DNA from: a virus
IMG/VR virus record: IMGVR_UViG_3300020193_000005
Coordinates: 32,001-96,000 of that record
Direction: 5' to 3' (one strand)
Length of the DNA stretch: 64,000 nt
A program made the translations under genes and the position numbers. The notes beneath the pieces are model-generated. The model was not told the DNA's origin and ran no database searches. It saw only the letters and a list, made by a program, of their open reading frames with translations. Positions 1 through 9,728 of this stretch are shown here, one piece after another (position 1 is the stretch's first letter; each line of letters begins with the position of its first letter).

Positions 1-3000
1 AGAAAACTGAACGGAATGGATCCCTCATCGGACAACAGGGTAGGTAGATCGACCATAGAAAGAGTCGTGTCGAGATCCGCAATCGGGCTCTCTGATCAGG
101 AAGCCGACCTCCTACGCAGAAGATTCGACGGAGAACTCCTTGAAGAGTCGGCCAGGAGAATGAGGATGGACAAAAACGCCGTTCGGAGAATGGAACAGCT
201 CGCTCTCAGAAAGATGCGGGATTTCATCGTGGCGGCGGAAAAATTCGAAAACGAAGCGGATTCCGGCGCGATGCGTCGCGGATCTGGAGGCACGGCGGCA
301 GACGCCGACCGCCCAAAAGGTCGTAGGTTTCCGGGGCGTAGAGCCCGGAAGACACCAGGTTTCACGATTCCCGAAATGGTGGAGTCGCTAAGCGACAGTT
401 ACGGCAGCGACATGTCCAGATCCGACATCATCGCCGCCGCCGTACTGATGCGCATAAGAAGATCGATGACCGACAAAATAGACTATCTACTGGCGAAGGG
501 AGCGAGAAGTAGGAGATTCTCCGCCCTGGCCGACGAAATAACCAAAGCCGACGCCGTCTACAAAGACGGCTCGACCACCGGATCCGCTTTCGTCAAGACC
601 GTTTTCGGCTCCAGCGCTGAATTGAAAAAACTGATCCAGAGAAGAGCGAACAGAATCGACGAGGTAAAAGACGTTGACGGAATAGTGAACGCAAGAACCG
701 CCGTAACCCTCGAGGAGGTCGGCGGCGACGTGAGGGAAGCCGCGCAAAAATTGGGCATTGATCCCAAGGTCGTGGAGAGACGGGCTATCGCTCACTCGAT
801 CATCGCCCAAGCGATAGCGACTCCGGAAACGCTGAAAATAGCGTCGCAGATAGATTCGCAATTCGCTTACGGGATCCTGTCGCCGAAACAAAAAACGCTT
901 ATCAAATTATGGTTGGCCGGTTTCAGCCCCGAGGAAATAGCCGAGACGCTAAACATGACGAGAGCCGACGCATGGAGGGATCTCGGAAGAGCGGTAAGAC
1001 GAATGTCCATGGGCAACCCCGAATGGGTGAGCGAAAAAAACAGAAGAACCATCGCTTCCGTTGATTTGGCCAGCGACGAAGCCGGAGTTTTCTCGGAGTT
1101 GACGCTTTCCGACGGATCGAAACACAGGAACTACCTATCAAAGAGCCCCATCGGTAGCGGAGCAAGCGGAGCAATGGCCAGGGCCGAGGTGGTGAGCGTC
1201 GCCACGGACGCCGGCGAGGAAAGTTACGTGATGGTTCCGGCGAGAGGGGACAGGAATCCTTCATCCTTCTCGCTCTTCCCGTTGAGAACCAGGAACGAGG
1301 ATTTGATTTACGAAGCCGTCGCGGCGGAGGCGAGCGGGATGCTCAATTCCGGTTTGTTCGCGAGAATAGTCACGGACGAATCCGGTGATCAGAAATTGTT
1401 CGCCGGATCCCTCGGAAAGAATTCGATAAAAACGCTATCGGAGATCGGAACCGTCAACGAGAGAACTCCGTTCGTGACGTCTCTCGCTTCGGACGAAAGG
1501 TACGGAAAAGCCCTTCTAGCGAAGTACGACGATCTAAGGAACGTCCTATCCGATACTCCGTTCTCGGAGAATCTGGGCGTGGACGACCGTCGTCTTTCCA
1601 GACTGTCGGAAATCTCGGAAAAAATAAGGAACTCGGCCGCCGTAACGCCGGAAGAAATAGTCGTCATGGATTCCATATTGTCCGAAATCGACGACTCGAG
1701 GCGATCGGCCATACGTCGCCTACCCCACGATTTCGACGAGGAGACGACCGATTCCTTCGTCAACGCCGCCGACGATAGGAGATTTTCGTACGCAGAAAAC
1801 GACGGCGGAAAAACTGTTCCGTACGCCAAAAGAATGCTCGGGTTGGGTTCGCCGAACGCGAGAGAATTTTACCTACGCGTCGGCAAAGACGGAAAACTTT
1901 ACAAGTGGAATCATCCGAACAATCTCGAAAACGACATAGGATCCTGGGCGGATTCCGCGGTCGGGGAGGAATTCATTCCGTCGAGAGACGACGTCAGGGC
2001 GATTGCTTACGACTCGACCGGCGTTACGAGATCCCTCGTTGGCGACGGAGATTCCGGGGCGATGAGTCTTCCCGGAGAGGGAACCGAGTACCGAGAGGAC
2101 GACAACGAAGTCGTCATAATTTCTGACGGTATTTCGGAAGCATCCATCGGCGGGGCGGCGTATTTGGCCATCGGTCAGAATAAACCCCTGTCTTTTGCGT
2201 ACTACAAGAAGGGATCGGGATGGGAAAAAAGATCGGTCGTTCCGAGGGATCTGGTCAGAGGGGTGTACAAAGCCGTGAAACGCGACGACGGATCAACCGT
2301 CTTCGTTTTCCATAAAGCCGACGCCCCGAAAGGATATTTGTTCCTTAGGGCTTTCGATCCGAATAGGAACGAGGCGAGAGAATTCAGGCTGGACAGAATC
2401 GGCGGAATCGGCAACCTGACGTCTCAACCCAAATCCACGAACGCCGCGCCGTCCGGAACTCCGCAGGGCAATACCCCGACGGGTTCGACGCCGCCGAAAC
2501 AAGTTTTCCCGAAACAAATTTTCACTCGTGCCGGCAAAGTCGGACAAGCGACCGTGTGGGTTGATCAACATCCGGTCAGACCGAGCGCCAGACAATCCGC
2601 GTACGAAAAGACGATCGTGGTCGCCGATGCCCCGGTGGCCGGCTATCTCGACGAAGCCTTGAAAGAAATCGGGGAAGGGAGTTTCTTGGAGGGTTATCAG
2701 GGCGACGCTTCGGTGGTGCTTTCGGTCCTGATGGACGCGCTCGGCGACGAAAAACATCCGTTGCACGACAGAGCCAACAAATACATGCTCGCCATGGAAT
2801 CGAAAAAATTAGGCAAACTCCTCGGTAGGACGGCATACAGAAAATCCGGCCTGCAAGGTCCTCCGCTCAGAAGAAGGGCCAAACCGTGGGGTGGCGACCG
2901 GGGAAATACCAAGTTGGCGGATTTCGAGTCGTGGACCGATCCGCAGCAGATGTACGACTGGGCGCGAACCGGGGACTATGTCCTTTTCGACGTGGAAACG

Positions 3001-6000
3001 ACCGGATCCCCGGGACTCGATGCATCCGCCGCCGAGATAGCGAGAAAAACCCCGCAGGGAAGGGTCGTTCAAATTGCCATGACCCCCGTAAAGAACGGAG
3101 TCCCGGGACAAACGAAAATTTGGTGGGTCAAACCATTGGACGACGACGGCAACGCAGTGGAGATGAGCGACTGGACGAAGGAAAACGTGCCCGGTCCCGA
3201 CGGTGCAAGAACGCTAACCGACCAGTTGGCGATGAACGATCCGAGATTCGTGGATCCCGCGGTCGCGTGGAGGGAGGTGTCCGATTGGCTCAAATCGGAA
3301 TTCGGGGATTCTCCGATTCTGGTCGGATACAATTCGGCCAACTTCGACATGCCGATCGCCGAAAGAATGATCGACGACCGAGATCTCAAAATTGGTTGGT
3401 TCGACGTCATGGTCCTCGCGGATCAGGTTCTGTACGCGGAAAGCCAGGCCTTCGACGACCTTAGCAAGATTTCCGTAGATAGAAGGAAATCCGGTCGGGT
3501 CGTACCCGGTTTCGCGGCGGGAACCGTGATTAGCATGGCCGGGTTTTCTAAGCGTCATAAAGCGAACCGAGGTTCCAGACTGATATTCGGACCCGCCAAC
3601 TTTCATCCGGTACTCGACGGCAGCGGGAAGCCCACGTTCAAGCCGGACGGCAAACCGAAGATGCAACCTAAGTTCAGGATAAACCTCGAGAGTCTCAAAG
3701 AGTGGGCCGGGGTGAAAACACGAAGAGCCGCCCACGCCGCCGACGTCGACAACGACGTCACGCACAGGGTGATGCTAGCCCTGACCGAACATCAAACGAA
3801 ACGCGGCAGGGCTCTTCACATGTTCGACAAAGACTTGCGAAATCAATTGGAAAGATACCTACGGGAAGAGTACGAATTCAGGGCGAGTACGCACGAAGCG
3901 AGGAAAAACCAGGGTTCTTTCTTCGGATTCAATTCGCCCAGAGCCGATAGCGGCGGCGCGAGACCGAATGAACCGGCCGACGTCGGGGACGCTACGACCG
4001 GTTACGCCGAATCGTACGGAAATGTCGTCGGCTCTCGGGAGACCGGGAGAAGAGTTGTGGGTAGACCGTCCGTAAGGGTAATCGGCGATTATCCGGGATT
4101 GCCGTTTTACGTCGTCTCCTCGAACGGGGAGGAAACAATCTTGATAGGACCGGAATTCTGGACGGACGGAATAGACCCGGACACGAGAGAACCGTTACTG
4201 CTTAGAAACCAGAAAGCTCTGATCCCGATGATCGGACAAGCCAGAAAATCCGGACGCGGTATTCAATTCGTCTACGGGAGGCGCGACGACGGATCACCGG
4301 TCAACTACGAAATATTCGCCCTCGAACTGGTGCCCGACGACGGCATGACGATGGAGGAGGCGAGAATAGCAACCGAACGAGATCGAAGAATCAGATTTAG
4401 TCTTGCCGGAACCCTAAGAAACGGAATGTCGTTTGAATTTTCTTTCAAGGACATAGGCAATCCCGACGCTCCACCGCCCAGAGCGAGCGAATACGTTCCA
4501 ATGACGGGCGAGGAAGTTTCGGGAGTCACGGACGCGATTCTCATGACTCCGGCCCAATACTCCGATCAGTTGATGAGAAAACGCGTCATTGCGTTGCGTA
4601 ATAGTCGTAGCGGGGGCTCCGGGTCGTCGACGTCGGGGACCGATTCCGGCGCGATGTCCGGTTTGACGAATCGCTACGGCGGTTCGGGGGGATTGGAAGC
4701 GTGGATACCCGACGAGAAATATAAGTCCTTCTCCTCCATGGACGAATCTCAGCTAAGAGCGATAGTCGAACGAACCAGGAGATCCGTGAACGATTTGATT
4801 CTCGCCGACAAGCTGAGAGGAGTCGCCGTCAACGAGGCGCTCGACAGGCTGAGAAACGCCGAGGCGGTTTTGGCACTTTCGCGCGGTCCGGTGATCGACG
4901 ACGCCGGTTTCTCCGTTTCGAGAGGACCCGACGGAACCGTTTCCGTTTCCGGATTCACGAATTTCTCTCCGTTCAAAGCGAGATCGTCCTACGCGTTGCC
5001 GACCGGAAGGAGTCGGCGAAAGGAGATGAACAAAAACGCGCAAATATCCCTGAAATTCGACAGGGAGATCGAGAACTCCCCCAAGGGAATGGCTCTCAGG
5101 ACTTTGGCGAGAAATTTGCGAATGGATCTTGACGAACTTGGATCTCGCCTCGAGTCCCACGATTTCGGCACGTATTCGGACGCCATCTATTCGTCAGAAA
5201 TGAGAAGGAACAAAAAGCTGTTCGATAACGGTTCTCTGACGCCGGAAAACTCTGGATTGTTCCTGCCGAGAGGTGCGAGTCGAATCGAAATGACCGCGAG
5301 AATGTCGAGCGCCGCTTCCTCCATCGGGTTGGGTTTCGGCGATTCCGGAGCGATGGCCATAGAAGGACCGTACACGAAAGACACCTCGAAATACGCGGGA
5401 ATGACCGACGACGAGCTGATCGACTCGTGGAACAAAACGCTTGCCGACCTGTTCGGCGTGACGGTGGAGGGAATTTCGCCGGAACGGATCGCAGAAACGA
5501 GCAGAGGTCGTTACGGCGACAGAAACTTCAACGCCAGGGCTCATTTGATCAAATCCCACCTGGAGGCGATAGCGAGCGAAATACGAAGAAGATTCTTCGC
5601 CAGCGAGGAAGGGAAAGCCGCGATAGATCAAATCCTCGAGGAAGGAAACGACTCCGGCGCCATGTCGTTGGATCCAGACAATAAACCGTTCTCGGGATCG
5701 TTGTGGCTGGATTCGAGACTACGGGAGATGTACGGAAGTCGCTGGCAAGAGATAGCCGCCGGGATAGGTAGACGATTTGCCAACTTCGGCGACAGGAATT
5801 GGAGCGACCCGACGGACGACGACGCGGTCGATCTTTATCACTACGCGGCCATGCTGCAACACGACGCTGTCGTGAGCGTGATGAAATCGGTCTCTGGCGC
5901 GGAAGATCGCTCCGAACTTGCGCGGAGGCTTACGAACAGCGCGGTGGGCGTAGTTGCTTTTATCTCGTTGCAAATACCGCTGACGACGGAGCAGATAGAG

Positions 6001-7041
6001 GATCAGATACAAAGAGGACGAATGATATCCAACATGCGAGAGCTCGCGGCGCTTGATCCGTACTCCAGGGTGGAGGCGATGATCGAAAAACGAAACGCGG
6101 AGATAGTGCAGAGAGTGATGGACGCAAAGAGGAGCACGCTGACCCCCGAGGAGTTTTCCGATTGGTACAAGGGAGTCATCGAAAGACTGGCCAGAAGCGA
6201 GACGACCTTGGCCGAATCTCCGGAGGGGTTATTCGGAGAGCCGGGGGATCAAGAAGCCCTGGATCAATTCATTGATTTCTACGAAAAAGACGCGGGAGTC
6301 TCCGGGAGGACTGGCGGAACCGACGACGGGGATTCCGGGAAAATGAGCAAGTCCTCGCGCCGTTCTTCGCCCAAAGCCGTTTACGATGCCAGGAGGATCT
6401 ACGGAGAGACTCCCGAAGAGATAGCCAAGCGACTCGGAATTGGAAAGGAAAAAGTACTGGAGCTGGAACAGCGATACGTCGACCAGGTCAACGCCAGAAT
6501 ATCCGCCGCGATTGATATCAAGAAAATGAAACTGAACCGCGAGAACTATTGGCCGGTGGAAGGAGTTCAAGAAGGCGCCATAAATCGAGTATACGATGAC
6601 GACACCTCCGTAGCTTTTTACACAATGTTTGACACGCTTCTGGGGCGAAGGAGCCGTGGCGGTCACTGGTGGTCTCCGCTCAACAAAGAAGGCGTGGCAA
6701 TTACCGAAAGAGAACTCAAGGGGTACCTCGCTTATCTTTCCCGGGTCGTCGACGTTTTGGATGATGAATACAAGGATCAGGAAGCCGCGAATTTGTTCAG
6801 GAGGAGCATAAAGATTCTTTCGGAAACTCTCAAAGACGGTTCGTACGGCGACGTCACTGGTGACTCCGGGGCTATGCGCAGGAACTTCGTAGAGCCCAGA
6901 TACGACATAAAACCACATCAGGGGGGGTGGGTCATCATAGACACGAAGAACAGAAACGCCATATCCAGCAGGGTTTTTAGCGACAGGCTCGAAGCGCTCA
7001 GGGGCGCGAAGCGAATGGACAGGGGGGAATCCGTCAATTAG
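1..7041 (+). CDS. Giant multidomain putative polyprotein A, 5' truncated. Contains sigma70-r4/LuxR-like and Fis-like HTHs, WYL domain(s) and a DEDDh exonuclease
   Basis: The frame is open from base 1 (no stop before the ATG at 16), so the gene probably starts upstream. HTH: LSDQEADLLRRRFDG..LEESARRM..VRRMEQLALRKMR. WYL: PLSFAY..KRSVVP..LFLRAFDPNRNEAREFRLDRI. Exo: FDVETTG/VGYNSANFD/AHAADVD. Eight DSGAM-type motifs. Confidence 0.9.
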   Translation, partial: RKLNGMDPSSDNRVGRSTIERVVSRSAIGLSDQEADLLRRRFDGELLEESARRMRMDKNAVRRMEQLALRKMRDFIVAAEKFENEADSGAMRRGSGGTAADADRPKGRRFPGRRARKTPGFTIPEMVESLSDSYGSDMSRSDIIAAAVLMRIRRSMTDKIDYLLAKGARSRRFSALADEITKADAVYKDGSTTGSAFVKTVFGSSAELKKLIQRRANRIDEVKDVDGIVNARTAVTLEEVGGDVREAAQKLGIDPKVVERRAIAHSIIAQAIATPETLKIASQIDSQFAYGILSPKQKTLIKLWLAGFSPEEIAETLNMTRADAWRDLGRAVRRMSMGNPEWVSEKNRRTIASVDLASDEAGVFSELTLSDGSKHRNYLSKSPIGSGASGAMARAEVVSVATDAGEESYVMVPARGDRNPSSFSLFPLRTRNEDLIYEAVAAEASGMLNSGLFARIVTDESGDQKLFAGSLGKNSIKTLSEIGTVNERTPFVTSLASDERYGKALLAKYDDLRNVLSDTPFSENLGVDDRRLSRLSEISEKIRNSAAVTPEEIVVMDSILSEIDDSRRSAIRRLPHDFDEETTDSFVNAADDRRFSYAENDGGKTVPYAKRMLGLGSPNAREFYLRVGKDGKLYKWNHPNNLENDIGSWADSAVGEEFIPSRDDVRAIAYDSTGVTRSLVGDGDSGAMSLPGEGTEYREDDNEVVIISDGISEASIGGAAYLAIGQNKPLSFAYYKKGSGWEKRSVVPRDLVRGVYKAVKRDDGSTVFVFHKADAPKGYLFLRAFDPNRNEAREFRLDRIGGIGNLTSQPKSTNAAPSGTPQGNTPTGSTPPKQVFPKQIFTRAGKVGQATVWVDQHPVRPSARQSAYEKTIVVADAPVAGYLDEALKEIGEGSFLEGYQGDASVVLSVLMDALGDEKHPLHDRANKYMLAMESKKLGKLLGRTAYRKSGLQGPPLRRRAKPWGGDRGNTKLADFESWTDPQQMYDWARTGDYVLFDVETTGSPGLDASAAEIARKTPQGRVVQIAMTPVKNGVPGQTKIWWVKPLDDDGNAVEMSDWTKENVPGPDGARTLTDQLAMNDPRFVDPAVAWREVSDWLKSEFGDSPILVGYNSANFDMPIAERMIDDRDLKIGWFDVMVLADQVLYAESQAFDDLSKISVDRRKSGRVVPGFAAGTVISMAGFSKRHKANRGSRLIFGPANFHPVLDGSGKPTFKPDGKPKMQPKFRINLESLKEWAGVKTRRAAHAADVDNDVTHRVMLALTEHQTKRGRALHMFDKDLRNQLERYLREEYEFRASTHEARKNQGSFFGFNSPRADSGGARPNEPADVGDATTGYAESYGNVVGSRETGRRVVGRPSVRVIGDYPGLPFYVVSSNGEETILIGPEFWTDGIDPDTREPLLLRNQKALIPMIGQARKSGRGIQFVYGRRDDGSPVNYEIFALELVPDDGMTMEEARIATERDRRIRFSLAGTLRNGMSFEFSFKDIGNPDAPPPRASEYVPMTGEEVSGVTDAILMTPAQYSDQLMRKRVIALRNSRSGGSGSSTSGTDSGAMSGLTNRYGGSGGLEAWIPDEKYKSFSSMDESQLRAIVERTRRSVNDLILADKLRGVAVNEALDRLRNAEAVLALSRGPVIDDAGFSVSRGPDGTVSVSGFTNFSPFKARSSYALPTGRSRRKEMNKNAQISLKFDREIENSPKGMALRTLARNLRMDLDELGSRLESHDFGTYSDAIYSSEMRRNKKLFDNGSLTPENSGLFLPRGASRIEMTARMSSAASSIGLGFGDSGAMAIEGPYTKDTSKYAGMTDDELIDSWNKTLADLFGVTVEGISPERIAETSRGRYGDRNFNARAHLIKSHLEAIASEIRRRFFASEEGKAAIDQILEEGNDSGAMSLDPDNKPFSGSLWLDSRLREMYGSRWQEIAAGIGRRFANFGDRNWSDPTDDDAVDLYHYAAMLQHDAVVSVMKSVSGAEDRSELARRLTNSAVGVVAFISLQIPLTTEQIEDQIQRGRMISNMRELAALDPYSRVEAMIEKRNAEIVQRVMDAKRSTLTPEEFSDWYKGVIERLARSETTLAESPEGLFGEPGDQEALDQFIDFYEKDAGVSGRTGGTDDGDSGKMSKSSRRSSPKAVYDARRIYGETPEEIAKRLGIGKEKVLELEQRYVDQVNARISAAIDIKKMKLNRENYWPVEGVQEGAINRVYDDDTSVAFYTMFDTLLGRRSRGGHWWSPLNKEGVAITERELKGYLAYLSRVVDVLDDEYKDQEAANLFRRSIKILSETLKDGSYGDVTGDSGAMRRNFVEPRYDIKPHQGGWVIIDTKNRNAISSRVFSDRLEALRGAKRMDRGESVN
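2160..2412 (+). other. WYL domain within polyprotein A
   Basis: AI.....LSFAY.......R.V.P..L....YLFLRAFD..R.E.R.FRLDRI matches the WYL signature. It starts about 35 aa after the DSGAM at 2050. Confidence 0.8.
2977..3780 (+). other. DEDDh (DnaQ-like) 3'-5' exonuclease domain within polyprotein A
   Basis: ExoI YVLFDVETTG, ExoII LVGYNSANFD, ExoIII AHAADVD. Confidence 0.85.
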
Positions 7042-7089
7042 GTCTTACCGAACGAACCGCTATTTTTTGATAAGTTTCCTACAAATGAG

Positions 7090-7111
7090 CTAAGACGTCT
7101 TAGAATAGGAG
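7090..7111 (+). promoter_or_regulatory. Perfect 14-bp palindrome overlapping a TAGAAT -10-like hexamer, followed by an AGGAG RBS
   Basis: CTAAGACGTCTTAG at 7090-7103, TAGAAT at 7101-7106, AGGAG at 7107-7111, ATG at 7117. Confidence 0.45.
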
Positions 7112-7116
7112 TTGCG

Positions 7117-7488
7117 ATGAAGCAAATTTTCTCATACGAAACCAAGTCGGCCAGCGGGCGCCTCTTCCTCGATATGCAGGAAAGCGGGGAGCTTTTCGGG
7201 GAGGATCCAGAAGAGGAGGATTCCTACGAATACGACGAACCCGAGGACGAGGACGAGGATTACGCGTCGGGTATCACCTTGCCCGCCAAGGTGGAGGATA
7301 TGTTTCGCGTAAAGTCGGCCATCGATCCGGTGTTGGAAAAGTACGGATTTGAGAGTTTCGCCGACGTCACCGGGATACACATTCCGAGAGCCAAAATGAT
7401 GGGACCGATACTGGTTGGGGAAATCAACGCCGCCCTGGATCGGGTTTACGCAAACCAGCCCAAAACCCCGAACGACGATTCCGTCTAG
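7117..7488 (+). CDS. Small acidic hypothetical protein (123 aa)
   Basis: AGGAG RBS 5 nt upstream; fills the gap after polyprotein A. Confidence 0.75.
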   Translation: MKQIFSYETKSASGRLFLDMQESGELFGEDPEEEDSYEYDEPEDEDEDYASGITLPAKVEDMFRVKSAIDPVLEKYGFESFADVTGIHIPRAKMMGPILVGEINAALDRVYANQPKTPNDDSV

Positions 7489-7544
7489 TCAAAGGTTGTA
7501 AGAACGTGGCCCGCAACCAGAGGTATTCCCGTAAAAAGCCAGTT

Positions 7545-7691
7545 ATGAGTTATCCTAATTCTGCACAACAAAACGGTTTGAGAACGAAATATCAATGCAT
7601 GACGACTGGCGAAAAACGTCCGTCGCCGTGCGGCAGTTGCGTTAAACCAAAAAACTGTCTCTCGACCGCAATGCAATACAAGGAGCGTTAA
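7545..7691 (+). CDS. Small Cys-rich hypothetical protein (48 aa, possible metal-binding)
   Basis: C-x10-C-x2-C-x5-C pattern. The stop abuts the next ATG. The ATG at 7545 was chosen over the GTG at 7506, but the start is uncertain. Confidence 0.5.
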   Translation: MSYPNSAQQNGLRTKYQCMTTGEKRPSPCGSCVKPKNCLSTAMQYKER

Positions 7692-7692
7692 A

Positions 7693-9717
7693 ATGGCGTC
7701 AGACAAACAGGCAACTTTGAAAATCGACGCCGACGGCAACGTCATGAGTTGCGCCAATGGTGCGATGACATCCGAATGCGGATACAAGGCTGGTTCTCTG
7801 GTTTGCGGTAAGTGCGGAGCGATGGCGGTGGAAGTCAAATACGGGATGATGCCGCAGGCCCAGGGATTCGAATGCAAGGCGAGCGGGAAGACGGTCATGG
7901 AGGCGTGCGAAGCTTGCCCGGGCGGTTGCGCCCCGATGGGGATGAAGCAAGAAGAAATGCCCGAAGAAGTTCTCGCCATGTTCAAAAAGAAAAAGCGGAA
8001 GAAAAAGATGGGTGCCGATGCCGAGGAAAAAGCCGCAGTACGGGCTTACGGCGACGTTTACGAAGACGACGAGGAAGAGGAAGAGGAAGAGGAAGAGGAA
8101 GAGATTGAGGACGGCGAAGAGGTCGAATACGAAGACGAGCCAACCCTTGCCGGTATGAGAGCTCCCGCTCCAGAGATGCAAGCCGAAGAGAGCGAGACTC
8201 CCGAGATGCAGGAGGAGGAGGGCGAGGACGAGGATCTCGTCGAGTCTCTCGCAATGGCCAGACCCCCCATGAGGAAGCGCAGAGCACCGATGATGCCTGC
8301 CCGCAGACCGATGAATGAGGAAGACTCGGAAATGATGCCTGCCCGCAGACCGATGAATGAGGAAGACTCGGAAATGATGCCTGCCCGCAGACCGATGGAT
8401 GAGGAAGACTCGGAAATGATGCCGGTCCGCAGACCGATGGATGAGGAAGACTCGGAAATGATGCCGGTCCGCAGACCGATGAATGAGGAAGACTCGGAAA
8501 TGATGCCAGCCGCCCGATCCATGCGGATGCCGGAAGAGGATGAAGAAGAAATGCCCGACAGATCCATGATGAGAAATCGTCGTCTTGCGACCATGGGATT
8601 CAAGGACGGCGAATTCGGAAATACCCCGTTCGTATGCTCAATCGAGCGCAAGGTTTATCCGGGAAACGCAAAAGTATGCGAGAACTGCCCGGGTGGATGC
8701 GTATCGGAGGGCGACATGCCGGCCCTTCTCGAGATCGAAGGAATCGCGGAGGACACTTTCGGGGGCAAGGTCCTGGATTCGGGATACTCCGACAGCGCGG
8801 ACGTCTTCGTGGTCGACATAGAACGCAAGGACGGCAAGCCGGTCGAGGCGTTTTTTGACGGCACCACAGGGGAATGTATGGGATGGCATCTTCTCAACGA
8901 AGAGGTCATGCAAGTCAAGTCCGCTTTTGAGGCTCCGCAAATGGTCAGTTTCTCGGACGCGGCGGAGATAGCCACCAAGAGCATCGCGGGGGACGTCGTC
9001 TCGATAGAAGCCGACCTGTTCGAGGGTTACGACGCCTATGCCGTGGAAATAGAGGGAGTGGACGGCAAGTCCTACGACGTGTTCGTGTCGCTTGACGGAG
9101 AAATACTCGGCTACGACACCTACACCCAGGAAGAGGCATCGGCGATCGAGTCGGAGGCGGCCGAACTCGCCCTCAAGAGGGCTCACGACGAGGTCGAGCG
9201 TAAGGAGATGGCGAGTAACGGAGAGGCCATGGACGACGGGGAAATGCCGATCAAAAACTCGGCGGATCTCAGGAACGCGATCATGTCCTGGCCGCGTTCG
9301 GCCAATAGGGACGCCGCCAAGCTTCATATCATGAGACGAGCGGCGGCGCTCGGTCTCGAGTCTTCGTTGCCGGCGGATTGGGTCGCTCAGGAGCTCGAGC
9401 AAGAGAAGTCCGACGCCAACTTCATGTCCTCTCTTCTTGAGTTCGAGATGATCGAAGCCGAATCCTCGGGAGACGATCCGGAGAGAATGGCCGAGATCTA
9501 TTTCAAGAAGATGTTCAGCGAGGAACGCAGGGGCGAACTCGCTAAGCGAGGAATGGCTCTCCCCGACGGTTCATATCCGATCGAGTCGGAAGAGGATCTA
9601 AAGAACGCGATTCAGGCGTACGGAAGAGCCAAGGACAAGGACAAAGCCAAGGCACATATTATGAAGAGGGCCAAGGCACTCGGCAAGGACGATCTAATTC
9701 CGGACAACTGGCGTTAG
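7693..9717 (+). CDS. Head-associated or scaffold-like protein. Cys-rich N-terminus, acidic tract, 14-aa tandem repeats, PepSY-like region and two C-terminal GSYPI..DL.NAI..GRA domains
   Basis: AAGGAG RBS. Repeated C..CPGGC motifs. Duplicated domain GEAMDDGEMPIKNSADLRNAI / GMALPDGSYPIESEEDLKNAIQAYGRAKDK, a type I recall from actinophage capsid-maturation proteins. Confidence 0.7.
   Translation: MASDKQATLKIDADGNVMSCANGAMTSECGYKAGSLVCGKCGAMAVEVKYGMMPQAQGFECKASGKTVMEACEACPGGCAPMGMKQEEMPEEVLAMFKKKKRKKKMGADAEEKAAVRAYGDVYEDDEEEEEEEEEEEIEDGEEVEYEDEPTLAGMRAPAPEMQAEESETPEMQEEEGEDEDLVESLAMARPPMRKRRAPMMPARRPMNEEDSEMMPARRPMNEEDSEMMPARRPMDEEDSEMMPVRRPMDEEDSEMMPVRRPMNEEDSEMMPAARSMRMPEEDEEEMPDRSMMRNRRLATMGFKDGEFGNTPFVCSIERKVYPGNAKVCENCPGGCVSEGDMPALLEIEGIAEDTFGGKVLDSGYSDSADVFVVDIERKDGKPVEAFFDGTTGECMGWHLLNEEVMQVKSAFEAPQMVSFSDAAEIATKSIAGDVVSIEADLFEGYDAYAVEIEGVDGKSYDVFVSLDGEILGYDTYTQEEASAIESEAAELALKRAHDEVERKEMASNGEAMDDGEMPIKNSADLRNAIMSWPRSANRDAAKLHIMRRAAALGLESSLPADWVAQELEQEKSDANFMSSLLEFEMIEAESSGDDPERMAEIYFKKMFSEERRGELAKRGMALPDGSYPIESEEDLKNAIQAYGRAKDKDKAKAHIMKRAKALGKDDLIPDNWR
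8290..8499 (+). repeat. 42-bp tandem repeat x5 encoding MMP(A/V)RRPM(N/D)EEDSE
   Basis: Unit ATGATGCCTGCCCGCAGACCGATGAATGAGGAAGACTCGGAA, five near-identical copies. Confidence 0.95.
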
Positions 9718-9728
9718 GAGTAGCCGCC

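Noticed and set aside
8290-8499. 42-bp repeats as a CRISPR array
   Set aside because: They are head-to-tail with no spacers and lie in frame within a CDS.
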